From contig CAWDUC010000010.1 of NCBI GenBank assembly GCA_963805405.1, positions 21,142 to 85,141 on the forward strand: DNA of 64,000 nt, given 5' to 3'. Under the pieces are notes generated by a model, which worked only from the letters and a program-made list of their open reading frames with translations, was not told where the DNA came from and did not search any database. Shown piece after piece: positions 20,368 through 34,114 of the stretch (positions are counted from its first letter, which is position 1; each line of letters begins with the position of its first letter). Made by a program: the position numbers and the translations under genes. The stretch is from an uncultured Alphaproteobacteria bacterium (GTDB lineage: Bacteria; Pseudomonadota; Alphaproteobacteria; Rhizobiales; Aestuariivirgaceae).

Positions 20368-20843
20368 GAGCGCACCTCACTTGTGTAAGGATCGGCAATG
20401 CCGAGACCGGTCAAGATCGCGACCTCGTGCGCTTCCATGACTTGCGCCTCGGCATCGCTCATGTGATCGAAGCCGGCAAGATGAAGCAGGCCGTGGACGA
20501 GGAGATGGCTCGTATGGGCGGCAAGCGATTTCTCCTGCTCCTCCGCCTCGCGCGCCACCACGCCGAAGGCGAGCGCAATGTCGCCGAGATGCCGCGGCGC
20601 ATCCGGTTCGGCAAATCTCGGCACCGAAGGAAAGGAAAGAACATTGGTCGGGCCTTGCTTGCCGCGCCAGGTGCGGTTGAGTTCGGCAACCGTTTCGTCA
20701 TCGCTGAACAGGATCGTCGTCTCCAAGGGCTCGGCACCGAAATCGACACGGCGCACGCATTGATCGGCAATGCGTTGCGCTTGTGCGTCGAGATTGTCTA
20801 TCGCCAGCCATGACGGATCGTCGATATCGATCGAAACCTTCAT
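20364..20843 (-). CDS. ybeY: rRNA maturation endoribonuclease YbeY
   Basis: ...PTNVLSFP...HLLVHGLLHLAGFDHMSDAEAQVMEAHE (HGxLHLxGxDH zinc motif). Confidence 0.92.
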   Translation of the reverse strand: MKVSIDIDDPSWLAIDNLDAQAQRIADQCVRRVDFGAEPLETTILFSDDETVAELNRTWRGKQGPTNVLSFPSVPRFAEPDAPRHLGDIALAFGVVAREAEEQEKSLAAHTSHLLVHGLLHLAGFDHMSDAEAQVMEAHEVAILTGLGIADPYTSEVRS

Positions 20844-21847
20844 TTCGTCTTGGTGCTACGGTCGCTCGCAAGTTTGCGATCATAGGCCGCAACGATCCGC
20901 CCGACCAGTGCATGGCGAACGATGTCGGCGTTGGTGAAGGCGACATGGCCGATTCCGGTCACACCCTTCAACGTCGCGACTGCATCCGACAAGCCGGACT
21001 GCGTGCCGGGCGGCAGGTCGGCCTGTGTCGGGTCGCCGGTCACCACCATGCGGCTGTTTTCGCCAAGCCGCGTCAGAAACATCTTCATCTGCGGCGGCGT
21101 CGTATTCTGCGCTTCATCGAGAATGACGAAGGCCGAAGCCAAGGTTCGACCGCGCATGAAGGCAAGCGGCGCTATTTCGATCGCCCCTTCGGCAAGTCCT
21201 TTGGCGACGAGCGCGTGCGGCATGACATCGTAGAGTGCGTCATAAAGCGGCCGCAGATAGGGATCGATCTTCTCTTTCATATCGCCGGGAAGAAACCCTA
21301 ATCGCTCGCCGGCTTCGACGGCGGGGCGCGACAGGATGATCCGGTCGATCTCGCCATTCATCAGGGCTTCCGCCGCGCAGGCGACCGCCAGATAGGTTTT
21401 GCCGGTGCCGGCCGGGCCGGTGCCGAAGACGAGTTCGTGGTGACGGATCGCCTCGACATAATCCTTCTGGGCCGGCGTTCTCGGAATGACGGTCTTGCGG
21501 CGCGTGCGCACCGCGGATTTGTCATGGGGAGCTTTCTCGCCAGCGGCGAGGCTCATGCGCACGGCGCCCTCGACGTCGCCGCGCTGGATATCATGGCCCT
21601 GGCGGGCGCGGTTGTAGAGCGAGGCAAGTACCGATCGGGCGCTGGCGCAGGCTTCCTCCGAGCCCCTGACCGCCACGCGATTGCCGCGCGGCGTGAGAGC
21701 GACGCCGAGTTTGTTCTCGATGAGCGCCAAATGCTCGTCATGCTCGCCGAAGACCGAGGCGAGCAGGCGATTGTCATCGAAGGTGAGGGTGAGAAGGTCT
21801 TGGGTGTTGGGATTGCGCCCGGCCTTGGCGCCGGCAAGCTCATGCAA
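20840..21847 (-). CDS. ybeZ: PhoH family ATPase (YbeZ)
   Basis: ELVFGTGPAGTGKTYLAVACAAEAL (Walker A), ILSRPAVEAGERLGFLPGDMKEKIDPYLRPLYDAL, FVILDEAQNTT. Confidence 0.92.
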   Translation of the reverse strand: MHELAGAKAGRNPNTQDLLTLTFDDNRLLASVFGEHDEHLALIENKLGVALTPRGNRVAVRGSEEACASARSVLASLYNRARQGHDIQRGDVEGAVRMSLAAGEKAPHDKSAVRTRRKTVIPRTPAQKDYVEAIRHHELVFGTGPAGTGKTYLAVACAAEALMNGEIDRIILSRPAVEAGERLGFLPGDMKEKIDPYLRPLYDALYDVMPHALVAKGLAEGAIEIAPLAFMRGRTLASAFVILDEAQNTTPPQMKMFLTRLGENSRMVVTGDPTQADLPPGTQSGLSDAVATLKGVTGIGHVAFTNADIVRHALVGRIVAAYDRKLASDRSTKTK

Positions 21848-21861
21848 GCTGACTTTGGGAT

Positions 21862-23273
21862 TTAAAGGGCTGCTGCTCCTTCTGTTGCCGCCCGGCGCCG
21901 GAGACGAGAATCATCGTCCCTGGCTCGAATATGGGCTGAAAGGCCGTTGGGGCCAACCGTCTCGATCTCGGCTTCAACAATATCGCCAATGGCGTGGCCG
22001 AGGGCTTCGGCATGCACCGCCTGGAGATAGGGGGAGCGCCCGCCAAGCTGGCCCGGACGCCGTCCTGTCTTCTCCAGGAGAATGCTCATGCGCCGGCCGA
22101 TGCAGGCCTGGTTGAAATCCATGCGCTGGCGATCGAGCAGCGACTGGAGGCGGGCCAATCTCTCGGCCTTCACGGGCTCCGGCACTTGACCGGCATGCCG
22201 GCGGCGGGCGTGCCCGGACGCGGCGAATATTTGAACGAGAAGGCGCGCGGCATAACCGACTCGCGGATCAGATCGAGCGTATCCTCGAAATCCTTGTCGG
22301 TCTCGCCGGGAAGCCGACGATGAAATCACCGGAAAGCGCCAGGTCGGGCGCGTGCCGCACCTATGCGGTCGATCAGGTCGAAATAGGCTTGCCGCATCGT
22401 GCCTGCGGTTCATGGCGCGCAAAATGCTGGTCGCGAGCCGGACTGCACCGGCAGGTGCAGATAAGGCATGACTTCGGGCTGTCGCCGTGCGCGTCGATCA
22501 GGTCCTGACCCATGTCGTGCGGATGGGAGGTCATGTAGCGAAGGCGATCGATAGCCTCGATATCGGCCAGGGCGTACATGAGCTTCGCCAGCGAAACGGC
22601 TCGCCCCTCGTCATCGAGGCCGCTGATAGGCATTGACGTTCTGGCCGAGAAGCGTGATTTCGCGCACGCCCTTGGCGGCGAGCTTTCGCGCTTCGTCAAC
22701 GATCTGGCGGACCGGGACGCGAAAATTCGGCGCCGCGCGTATAGGGCACCACACAGAAGGTGCAGAACTTGTCGCAGCCTTCCTGCACGGTGAGGAAGGC
22801 GGTCACCGGGCCGGGCCGGCGCGGGCCGGCCGTCAAAGCGCGTCGAACTTGGCTTCGGCGCGAAATCGGTCGACCAGGCCCGCTTCGCCGCTTCGAGCGC
22901 TTGCGAGCAGTTCCGGCAGCTGGTGATAGGCCTGCGGGCCGACGACCAGATCGACCGCCGGGGCGCGGCGGATGATTTCCTGGCCTTCGGCCTGGGCGAC
23001 GCAGCCGGCGACGGCGATGGTCATGCTGGCCCTCGCCACGCGCTTCGTTTTCTTCAGCGCAGCGCGCAGGCGGCCGATCTCGGAATAGACCTTCTCGGCG
23101 GCTTTTTCGCGGATATGGCAGGTATTGAGCAGGACGAGATCGGCCTCCTCAGGCCTTCCGTCGTCGACATAGCCTAGCGGCGCCAGGATATCGACCATGC
23201 GCTCGCTGTCATAGACGTTCATCTGACAGCCATAGGTCTTGATGAACAGTTTTTTGCCGGTGGGCGTCCTCAT
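21862..23273 (-). pseudogene. miaB: tRNA-2-methylthio-N6-dimethylallyladenosine synthase MiaB (at least 3 frame changes)
   Basis: N-terminus [36 protein letters not shown]...[26 protein letters not shown] in ORF 22833..23273; the middle IEAIDRLRYMTSHPHDMGQDLIDAHGD is in ORF 22373..22699; the C-terminal TRAM-domain part is in ORF 21862..22422. Confidence 0.85.
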
Positions 23274-23275
23274 TT

Positions 23276-24169
23276 CTAGCTCTGGTCTAGCCGATTTCCT
23301 GGTGGCTGTGAACCGGCCTCCCCAACCTTGCCGTTAAGCGCCGCAATTAACCCTTTCCTAACGACATCCTCGGCCTTGCGGGCCAGCACCTTGCGTCCGC
23401 CCTCGGCCGAAACCGTCATCGGCGGGTGGAATATGACCGTGACCTCGATCGGCCCCGTGACCAGCGCCTCCCAGAGATGGCCCGGCAATTCCATGTCGCC
23501 ATACCAGGCGTAAAATGGCCGCCGCCGCCGCGTCATCGGCAGGCCCCAATGGCCGTCATAGGCGAGCGTCACCGGCTGCACGATGAGGCCGTCGGTCTCG
23601 GCACTGGCAAAGAATGAACTGCGGAACGGCAATACGCGATTGCCGTCGGTCGATGTCCCTTCGGCAAAGAGCACGAGCGTGTCGCCGGCCTTGAGCCGCT
23701 CCTGGATTTCATCGCGCGACTCGCCCGTGGTATGACGGCGCTCACGATTGACGAAGACACTGCGCTGCAATCGCGCCAGGCTTCCGAAAATGCCCCAGCC
23801 CGAGACCTCCTGCTTGGCGATGAAGGAGACCGGGAGTGCGGCGCTCAACACCGGGATGTCGAGCCATGAGACATGATTGGCGGCGATGAGACACGCCTGG
23901 TCCGGCCGCTCCCCGACGCATTTGACCTTGAGGCCTATGATACTTGCAACCTGACGGTGATACCAATGCGGGAAGGTACGCGCATGGCGTGAGCCCGTCG
24001 CAACCAGGAGTTTCTGCACCGGCATGAGCGGAAGTGTGAGGACAGCGCAGCGTGCGAGGATCGATGCCGCGCGCAAAGTACTCAAGCCGGAATCTCCTTG
24101 CGCATGATCGCTGCATCCTCGCGCCGCCCATCGGCATGCTGGTAATAATCGCGCCGGCGCCCGACCCAA
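23276..24169 (-). CDS. plsC: 1-acyl-sn-glycerol-3-phosphate acyltransferase (lysophospholipid acyltransferase, PlsC family)
   Basis: [16 protein letters not shown] (HX4D acyltransferase motif region), [22 protein letters not shown]; the true start is probably an internal Met (~24025), since the ORF's 5' end overlaps rimI. Confidence 0.8.
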   Translation of the reverse strand: MGRAPARLLPACRWAARGCSDHAQGDSGLSTLRAASILARCAVLTLPLMPVQKLLVATGSRHARTFPHWYHRQVASIIGLKVKCVGERPDQACLIAANHVSWLDIPVLSAALPVSFIAKQEVSGWGIFGSLARLQRSVFVNRERRHTTGESRDEIQERLKAGDTLVLFAEGTSTDGNRVLPFRSSFFASAETDGLIVQPVTLAYDGHWGLPMTRRRRPFYAWYGDMELPGHLWEALVTGPIEVTVIFHPPMTVSAEGGRKVLARKAEDVVRKGLIAALNGKVGEAGSQPPGNRLDQS

Positions 24170-24560
24170 GCAAAGCCGAATTTGCGATAGAGCCCGAGCG
24201 CCGCATCATTCGAATCGGCAACCTCGATCAGGAGCCGCGCGGTCTTCTGCTGGCCGAGCAACTCGACCGCGGCATCGATCAATTGTGCACCGATCCCCCG
24301 CCGGCGCGAATCCGGTCGCGTGCCGATGCTGATGATTTCGGCTTCATCGCCGGCAATTCGCAGGAGCAGAAAGCCCAGGGCCTCGCCTTTCTGCTGCGCC
24401 ATGACGCAAAAGGCGCCGGGCATGGCAAGGAGCCGTGCGATGTCGGCGATACCCCAGGCAATTTCGAAACAGGCGCCGTGAAGTTCAGATAGGCGCGCCG
24501 CGTCGTCGCCTTGCGCCAGGGCGATGTCGACTTGGACGCGCGGTCGCTTGGCATAGGATT
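24082..24560 (-). CDS. rimI: ribosomal-protein-alanine N-acetyltransferase (GNAT), fused in-frame to upstream tsaB in the given sequence
   Basis: C-terminal ~160 aa of ORF 24082..25053: LSELHGACFEIAWG...FLLLRIAGDEAEIISIGTRPDSRRRGIGAQLIDAAVELL...LLIEVADSNDAALGLYRKFGF. Confidence 0.75.
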
Positions 24561-25178
24561 CAGCGAGATAAAGCGGTCGCAGCGGCATCGCATCGGGATG
24601 CGCGGCGATGAAAAGCGGCGCGAAATTCGCAGCAATGGGGATGTCGGATTCGGTGCGCGGTGTGAGATCGTCGCGATGGGCCATGGCGATGAGCGCTGCC
24701 TTGGCGCCGCCCATGACGGCGAGAGGGCCTTCGGGCAGCAAGTATGGGGCGTCTTCGAGCGCGATACGCCGCGGTGCGAGCAGCATTTCCTTTCCGCCAT
24801 AGACGCCAAAATAGATGTGCCCTTGCCGCGCATCGGTCGCGACCACGACTGGCTCTGATACGTGGCCGGCATTGGCGGCGATCGCCTTCAAAGTATCAAC
24901 GCCGATGACCGGCTTGTTCAGGGTCAGGGCCAGTCCCTTCGCGCAGGCGAGCCCAATGCGGATGCCGGTGAAGGTGCCGGGGCCAAGCGTGACGCCGATG
25001 CGATCGAGTTTCGCGGGCGATACGTCCGCTTCCGCCATGACATCGCGCAGCATCGGCGCGATTTCTCGGCCTGGCCACGCTCCATGCGCTCAAAACGATG
25101 TGACAACACGCCACGCGCGTCATCGAAGATTGCAGCCGAACAGGAATCGAGACTGCAATCGAGAGCAAGGATGATCAT
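24500..25178 (-). pseudogene. tsaB: tRNA threonylcarbamoyladenosine biosynthesis protein TsaB (frameshift ~25050; no stop before rimI)
   Basis: MIILALDCSLDSCSAAIFDDARGVLSHRFERMERGQAE in ORF 24924..25178; continuation ...AEADVSPAKLDRIGVTLGPGTFTGIRIGLACAKGLALTLNKPVIGVDTLKAIA is in ORF 24082..25053. Confidence 0.8.
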
Positions 25179-25202
25179 GGACGCCGGGCGCTCACGCCCT
25201 GG

Positions 25203-25770
25203 TTAGACGGGACGGACTTCGCTCACTTCCGGAATGAAGTGGCGCAGCAGGTTCTCGATGCCGTGCTTGAGCGTTGCGGTCGAACTCGGGCAACCGGAGC
25301 AGGAGCCCTTCATGTTGAGGAACACGACGCCATCGCGAAAGCCCTGGAAAGTGATGTCGCCGCCATCCTGGGCGACAGCCGGCCGGACCCGGCGTGTCGA
25401 GCAGATCCTTGATCGTCTTGACGATTTCCGTGTCGGCCTCATCGAAGTCTTCGTCGGCAGCTGGACTCCGCGGTGCCTCGTCGACCAGCACCGGCGCGCC
25501 GGACATGTAGTGTTCCATGATGACGCCGAGAATGGCTGGCTTCAGATGCTGCCATTCGCCGTCGTCCTTGCGTGACCGTGATGAAATCCTGCCCAGAAAC
25601 ACGCCCGAAACGCCAGCGATAGCAAACAGCCGCTGAGCCAGGGGCGAGTTCGGCTGCGTCGACTGGCGCGGAAATCGAGGGGACCGCCGGGCATCACCGG
25701 CTTGCCCGGAATGAATTCAAGGTCGCAGGGTTAGGCGTGGCTTCGGTCTGAATGAACATGTGTAATGCCT
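25203..25770 (-). pseudogene. Nfu/NifU-type Fe-S cluster assembly protein (NFU N-terminal domain + NifU C-terminal domain; at least 3 frame changes)
   Basis: My translation: MFIQTEATPNPATL(K)FIPGKPVMPGGPLDFRAS ... FAIAGVSGVFLG(Q)DFITVTKDDGEWQHLKPAILGVIMEHYMSGAPV...TIKDLLDT / RVRPAVAQDGGDITFQGFRDGVVFLNMKGSCSGCPSSTATLKHGIENLLRHFIPEV. Confidence 0.8.
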
Positions 25771-25831
25771 TTTCGACTTGGGTAATACACCAGATATGGC
25801 GTCAGTCTTGAGAATGCAATTTCAAAGTGTT

Positions 25832-26925
<1,094 letters not shown>

Positions 26926-26990
26926 ATGGCGGAGCGGGTTTATGCCCGCAAAATGGCACTAAGTGCAAGGCCTCAGGCGGGCGACAAAAC

Positions 26991-28564
26991 CTAGCGCCGG
27001 ACCATCTTCGTGAATTCGGCCCAGCGCATGGCCTGGGTCAAATGGGCAAGGGTGAAGTAGAGCCAAGACCCGAGGACAACGAGCCGAGAAGGCGCCAGCG
27101 CCCTGAGCATCAAAGGATGCGCCGGCGGCGAAAAGTCGGCCGCATGGCTACAAGCCTGCAAACGAGGACGCGCACCCATGACCGACGCTCGAAGGCAGGA
27201 TGCGCGGCAGAGCGCTTGCGGAGCGTTCATCAGGCGCGTAGTGACCGCGCCGCTCAAGGTCGAGCACAGCAGGACTCGCATTGACCCAGGCGGCGATGGC
27301 GGTCGCCAGCGCGATTCCGACATGGCCAATGTAGCGGGACAACAAGAAGACTCATCGCGACATTCACGGTGACCGAGAGCATCGCAAACATCATCGGCCG
27401 CTGGGTGTCCTCGCGCGCGAAAAAGCCCGGTGAGAAAATCTTGTTCATGGAGAAGGCGGGAAGGCCCAAGCGCGAAGGCGGCAAGCGCAGTGGCGGTCGC
27501 GACCGCATCGGCTTCGGTGAAGACGCCATGCTCGAAACAGCGTTGACGATCGGCAATGGCGATGACGATCAAGCGCGACCGTCGCCGGCACGCGTGAGGA
27601 AGATGGCGAGCTCGAGAGCGCGATTCTGGCGCTAGCAGCGCGCCCCGTCTCGTCATCGGCGCGCAAGCGCCGCGCCATATCGGGCAGCAGCACCACGCCG
27701 ATCGCAACGCCGACGACGCCCAGCGGCAATTGATAGATGCGATCGGCGTAATAGAGATAGGAGACGGCGCGGTCGATGGTGGTGGCGATCATCGTCGCGA
27801 TCAGGAGGTTGACTTGCGTGATGCCGCCGGCAACGATGCCGGGAATGCCGAGCTTCACCAGGCGCACGACATCGGCATTGATGTGCGGCCAGCGCAATCG
27901 GAGACCGAATGCCGGCGCGCCGGCAGGCGATCGTCAGCAAGAGAAATTGCGCGACGCCTGCGACGCAGACGCCCCAGACCAGCGCATAGCCGGTCGTCGG
28001 CCGGATCGCCCCAGCCCGCGCCACTCGACGATCGCAACGTCGCGATCATCACGAGATTGAGCAGGATGGGTGCGGCCGCCGCGGCGGCGAAACGCCTGCA
28101 GGCTGTTGAGCACCCCGCTCTGCAGGGCGGTGAGCGACATGAAGAGGAGATAGGGAAAGGCGATCCGCGTCATCGTGCACCGAGAGATCGAAGTTCTCGC
28201 GGATCATCCGCAAAGCCCGGCGCAATCACATACATGAGGAGCGGCATGGCGATCTCGGCGACCGCCGTGAAGACGCAGCAGCCAGGCGAACAACACCGCA
28301 TAGACGTCCTCGGCGAAGCGCTTGCGCTCCGCCTCGCCGCCTGGTCCAGGCGCTTCGCGAACAGCGGCACGAAGGCCGAATTGAAGGCGCCTTCGGCAAA
28401 CAGAGCTGCGGAACAAATTGGGAAAGCGGAAAGCGACGACGAAGGCTTGCGCGACGGGGCCGGTGCCGACCACCGAGGCGATCATCATGTCGCGAATAAA
28501 GCCGAGGTCGCGGCTGACGAGCGTGATAGCCGCCGACCGTCGCTGCCGATCTGAAAAGAGACAT
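26991..28564 (-). pseudogene. murJ: lipid II flippase MurJ (MviN) (many frame changes)
   Basis: MSLFRSAATVGG..., MIASVVGTGPVAQAFVVAFRFPNLFR, MTRIAFPYLLFMSLTALQSGVLNSLQAF, VKLGIPGIVAGGITQVNLLIATMIATTIDRAVSYLYYADRIYQLPLGVVGVAIGVVLLPDMARRL, FSPGFFAREDTQRPMMFAMLSVTVNVAMSLLVV. The fragments are collinear with MurJ but spread over at least 5 frames. Confidence 0.82.
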
Positions 28565-28610
28565 GGGTTACTTGTGCTCTAGGCGGGCGATGGCGCTGTT
28601 TCACAAGCGG

Positions 28611-31411
28611 TCACGAGGCTTGCGACCTTGGCAGTCGGGGCGAGCGCCGCTCGTCAATGCCTTCTCGATCTGCTTCTGCCGGTTGTGCGCTGGTGATTTT
28701 CCCGCCGGTGAGATCGGTGACGTAGAACACGTCGACCGCCTTTTCGCCAAAGGTGGTGATATGGGCCGAGGCGATATTGAGGTTCAGGCCGAAAAGCGCT
28801 TCGGTGAGATCATGGAGAAGCCCGATGCGGTCGAGGCCGTTGATCTCGATCACCGTGTAGCGGTTGGACGAATCGTTGTCGATGATGACGCGCGGCTCGA
28901 CCGAAAAGGCCTTGATGCGGCTTTGCGGGCGCTGCAACCGAGCGCACCAGTTCGCGCAGGCGCAATTCGCCGCGCAGCGCCGGCCGATGCAGATCGGCGA
29001 CGCGTTCCGCCCGCCTGATCTCGTCATCATCGGTCCTGGAATTCGCGCTGGATGAGGATCGTGTCGAGCGCCATGCCGTCGGCCGTGGTGAAGATCTGGG
29101 CGCCCGCGATATTGGCGCCCGCTGCGGCGCAGGCGCCGGTGATCAGCGCCAGCAGCCGCGGATGGTCGGGCGTGTAGATGGTAAGCTCGGTGATCGCGGT
29201 GAAGGCATCGGTATGGACGGCGGTGGCGACGGCTGCTGCGCTGCCGCCGCATTGGCCATGAGTTCGTCGTGGGTGAGCTGGCGCTCGGTTTCAACGGTCA
29301 GCCAATAGGCATCGTAATGGCGCGACGCAGGCCTTGCGGCTGCGCCTCGTTCCAAGTCGGGCAATGCCGGCAAAGAACTTGGCCTGCGCCTCGGCGACGC
29401 GCTCCTTGCGCGACACGCTGCGTATGGCCGCCGCGAGAGAACGGGCTCGGCCTCGAAATAGAGCGTGCGCAGGAGCTGGCCCTTCCAGCCGTTCCACACG
29501 CCGGGGCCCACGGCGCGAATATCGGCAACGGTCAGGATCGAGCAGGAGCTTCAGCCGTTCGGGGCTCTGCACGATATGCGGCAAAATCGAGAATGGTCTT
29601 GAAGTCGTTGAGATCGCGCATCTGCGCGGTCTCGCTCATCAGCAGATGATGCTGGATGAGCCAGGCGCAGGTTTCGGTTTCGGCCGGCGACAGCCCGAGG
29701 CGCGGCCCGAGCGTCCGGGCAATCTCTCGCACCGGCTATGCGAATGATCCTCGTCTGCGGCCCTTGGCGATGTCATGCAGGAAGTACCGCGACATAGAGA
29801 GCGCGCCGGCTGGTGAGCGTCGGGAAGATCTTGGTCGACAAGGGATGTTCGTCCGGCCAAGCGCGCCGCGCTCGATCTCGGCGAGACATGCCGACAGTGC
29901 GGATCAGATGCTCGTCCACTGTATAGTGGTGGTACATGTTGAACTGCATGAGCGCGACGATGCGGCCGAATTCCGGGATGAAGCGGCCGAGCACGCCGGC
30001 TTCGTTCATGAGCCGCAGAATGGTTTCGGGATCGCGGCTCTCGGTGAGGAGATCGAGAAACGATCGGTTGGCTTCCGGATTGGCGCAGAGCGCCTTGTCG
30101 ATCAATGGCAGTGAGCGAGCGCACCAGCTTGAGCGCATCGGGATGGATTTCGACATCCTTGCGATTCGGCGATGGCGAAAAGCCGCAGCAGGTTGACCGG
30201 ATCGCGCGCAAAGACCTGAGTCGTCTGAGATGCCGAGCCGGCCGCCCTCGATGCGGAAGCCGGCATGGCCGGCAACATCGACATTGCGGCGCGGCGCGAA
30301 GCGGCTGAAGACACGCGCCAAGGTCGGCGCGGATTTCATCTCCTTGGCTTCGAGGCTGGCGCAGAGGATCCGCGTCAGGTCGCCGACTTCCTTGGCGATC
30401 AGGAAGTAATGCTTCATGAAGCGCTCGACATGGCGCAATCCGCCATGCGCCTTGTAGCCGAGGAGTTCGGCAAGTTCCGGCTGCTTGTCGAAGCTCAGGC
30501 GATCATCGCCGCGTCCCGATAGTGAAATGCAGGTGGCAGCGCACCGCCCACAGGAAGTCTTCGCACTTCTTGAAAGTGGCGAGTTCTTCTCGCGTGAACG
30601 CACCCTTGACCGCCAGTTCTTCGGGGGAATTCACGGCGTAGATGAACTTGGCGATCCAGAAAAGCGTATGGAGATCGCGCAAGCCGCCCTTGCCGTCCTT
30701 TACGTCGGGCTCGACCAGATAGCGGCTGGCGCCCGACTTGTGATGGCGCTCGTCGCGCTCGCCGAGCTTGCTGGCGATGAAGGATTTCGCACCGCCGGCA
30801 ACGATATCCTTGCGAAAGCGTACTGTCAGTTCGTCGAAGAGCGCCTTGTCGCCGCAAATGAAGCGCGCTTCGAGAATGGATGTGAGGATCGTGTTGTCGG
30901 TCTTGGCGAGCCTGATGCATTCATCGACGGAGCGCGTCGCATGGCCGACCTTCAGACGCGCATCCCACAGCGAATAGAGTACGAATTCGACGATGCTCTC
31001 GCTCCACCCCGTCTGCTTGTAGGGGAGGAGAAAGAGCAGATCGACATCGGAGCCCGGCGCCAATGTGCCGCGCCCATAGCCGCCGACCGCAACGATGGCG
31101 ATGCGCTCGGCCTCGGATGGATTGGGCGAACGATAGAGCGTGCCGCGCGCGAATTCGAACAGCGCCTCGATGATCTCGTCCTGGCGCTCGGAAAGAAACA
31201 TGGCGCAATGCGTGCCGCGCCCGTCGCGCATCAGATTGCTTTCGGCCTCGAGCCGCGCCTGCGCCAATTCGGCTTTGACCAGTTCGACCACCTGCTTGCG
31301 CGGATTGGAGGTCGACGCGGTGCGGTCGAACGGCAATTCGCGCAATCGCTGCCGGAGGCTGGAGGCCGCCTCGCTCGGTCCGCCGTGGCTGGCGATGGCT
31401 TGTTTGTTCAC
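28611..31411 (-). pseudogene. glnD: bifunctional [protein-PII] uridylyltransferase/uridylyl-removing enzyme GlnD (at least 6 frame changes)
   Basis: N-terminal NTase domain in ORF 30503..31411 (IVAVGGYGRGTLAPGSDVDLLFLLPYK); the HD domain in ORF 29773..30603 (RFIPEFGRIVALMQFNMYHHYTVDEHL); C-terminal ACT domains in ORF 28611..29294 (RYTVIEINGLDRIGLLHDLTEALFGLNLNIASAHITTFGEKAVDVFYVTDLTGGKI). Confidence 0.85.
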
Positions 31412-34114
31412 GTGGCTTTGCCTGTCAGGGCCTTCAATTCATAAATAAGCGCCAGAGCTTCCCGAGGCGTTAATTCATCGGGGAGGACCTGGCCAAGCCT
31501 TTCCTCGGCCTTACTCTTGGCCGCCGGTCTGGCGCCGCTCTCTGGCCGCATGGCGGAGAATAATGGCAGATCGTCGGCAAGCGCCTGATGGGTTGCCGAA
31601 TGTTCGCTCTTTTCGAGAAGATCCAGCACTTCCCGCGCCCTACCGACCACAGCGGGGGGCAGGCCTGCGAGCTTCGCCACCTGGATGCCGTAGGAGCGAT
31701 CCGCCACGCCCGCCACCACCTCATGCAGGAAAATGACGTCGCCATTCCATTCGCGCACTTTCACCGTCGCGTTTGCAAGGTGCGTAAGCCGTCCGGCGAG
31801 TGCGGTCAGTTCGTGGTAGTGTGTGGCGAAGAGCGCCCGGCACTTATTGACCTCATGCAGATGCTCGACACTCGCCCAGGCGATCGACAGCCCGTCGAAT
31901 GTTGCCGTGCCGCGCCCGATCTCGTCGAGGATGACGAAGGAGCGTTCGCTCGCTTGATTGAGGATGGCGGCGGTCTCGACCATCTCGACCATGAAAGTCG
32001 ATCGCCCGCGGGCAAGATCATCGGCCGCGCCGACACGGCTGAACAGCCGGTCGATCACGCCGATCCTGGCCGCGCTCGCAGGCACGAAGGAGCCCATTTG
32101 CGCGAGCACGACGATCAGGGCGTTCTGGCGCAGGAAGGTCGACTTGCCGGCCATGTTGGGGCCGGTGAGCAGCCAGATGTTCCGCCCCTCCTTGGTGAGG
32201 TCGCAATCATTGGCGATGAAGGCGCCATCGCCTTTCGCGCCAAGCGCCTGTTCGACCATCGGATGGCGGCCATCCTTGATTGCGAAGTCGCGCGAAAGAT
32301 CGATCTGCGGACGCACATAGCGGCGCGTCTCGGCGAGTTCGGCCAGCCCCGCCGCGACGTCGAGACGCGCCAAGGCGCCGGCGATCTGCGATATCGATCG
32401 CGAAGCGGCTTCGACTTCGGCGCAGAGTTTTCCGAAGACGTCCTGCTCAATGGCGAGTGCGCGTTGGGCTGCGGCAGCGATCCGCTGTTCGAGCGATGAG
32501 AGTTCAAGCGTCGTGAAGCGCATTGCGTCCGCCACCGTCTGGCGGTGGATGAAGTCGCTCGCATGCGCGGGCGACTGCAGGATTGCTGCATTCTGCGCCG
32601 AGACCTCGATGAAATAGCCGATGACGTTATTATGCTTGAGCTTGAGCGACTTGACGCCGGTCTTGGCAGCATAGTCGCTTTGCAGCCCGGCGATCACCTT
32701 GCGCGTATCGTCGCGCAAAGCCCGATGTTCATCGAGATCACCCAGATATCCGTGGCGGACGAAGCCGCCATCGCGCGCCAGCAAAGGCAGTTCATCCAGG
32801 AGTGCATCGCTGAGATGCCCGGCGAGCGTGCCTGGCACAGTATTGAGATCGGCGAGTATCCGCGTAAGGCCTTCGGGATAGGCAAGGCTTTGCGTGGGTT
32901 CGCGCAGGATCGCGGCGATGTCTTTCGCACCGGCAAGCCCGGCCCTGAGGGAGCCCAGGTCACGCGGGCCGCCGCGCCCGACCGAAAGCCGCGCCAATGC
33001 ACGTTCGCTGTCGGGCAGGCTGCGCAACGCGACGCGCAGGCGTTGGCGCAAATCGCGTGTTTCGACGAGATAGGCAACCTCGTCCAGCCGCGCGTTGATG
33101 AGGGCAGGATCGGCGAGCGGATTGGCGAGGCGATCCGCGATCAAGCGCCCGCCTGCAGCGGTGATCGTCAGGTCGACCGCGCTGAGAAGGCTGCCGTGTT
33201 TGTCGCCCGAAAGCGTGCGCGTGAGTTCGAGATTGTTGCGTGTCGCGGCATCGATCAGCATTGCCGCATTGGCCGCTTCGCGCCGCGGCGGTCGCAGCAA
33301 CGGCGTGCGACCGACCTGCGTCAGAAGCACGTAATCGATGAGCCCGCCAAGGGCCGCGATCTCCGCCCGACTGAAATTGCCGTAGGCATCGAGCGACGCG
33401 ACGGCAAAGTGCTCGGCAAGGCGGCGCTCGCCGGCAAGGCTGTCGAAGCGGCTCGCCGGCAATGGCGTCGTGACAACGCCGCTCTGCCGCAGGGCTTCGC
33501 TCACAGTACTATCGGCAAGCAGCGTGTCTGCAACGATAATCTCGCTCGGCGCGAGCCGCGCTATATCGGCGGCGAGCCGCTCGGGCCCGCTGCTCATCGC
33601 AGCGACCTCGCCGGAAGAAATATCGCTCCAGGCAAGGGCGAGTTCGCCATCGCCCTTCACGCGCGCCAGTGCGGCGAGGTAGTTATTCTGCCGTGCTTCG
33701 AGGAGTGAATCCTCGGTGAGAGTCCCCGGCGTCACGAGCCTTACGACATCGCGGCGAACCACCGATTTCGAACCGCGTTTTTTTGCAAGTGCGGGATCTT
33801 CCATCTGCTCGCAGACCGCGACGCGATGTCCCTGGCGGATCAGGCGTCTGCAGATAGCCGTCTGCCGCATGGACCGGCACGCCGCACATCGGAATGTCTT
33901 CGCCCTGGTGGCGCCCGCGCTTGGTGAGCGCAATGCCGAGCGCCGCCGCCGCGATCTCCGCATCGGCGAAGAACATCTCGTAGAAATCGCCCATGCGATA
34001 GAACAGCAGGTAGCCGGGATTGAGCGCCTTGATCTCGTGATATTGCTGCATCATCGGCGTGGCACGCTGGTCGCCCGCCGCAAGCCCCTCTTCGATCGCC
34101 CGCACCTCGTTCAT
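31408..34114 (-). pseudogene. mutS: DNA mismatch repair protein MutS (frameshift ~33900 in the N-terminal domain)
   Basis: N-terminus [49 protein letters not shown]...[15 protein letters not shown] in ORF 33683..34114; the rest is in ORF 31408..33963 ([19 protein letters not shown]..., Walker A LLTGPNMAGKSTFLRQ, FATHYHELT). Confidence 0.9.
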
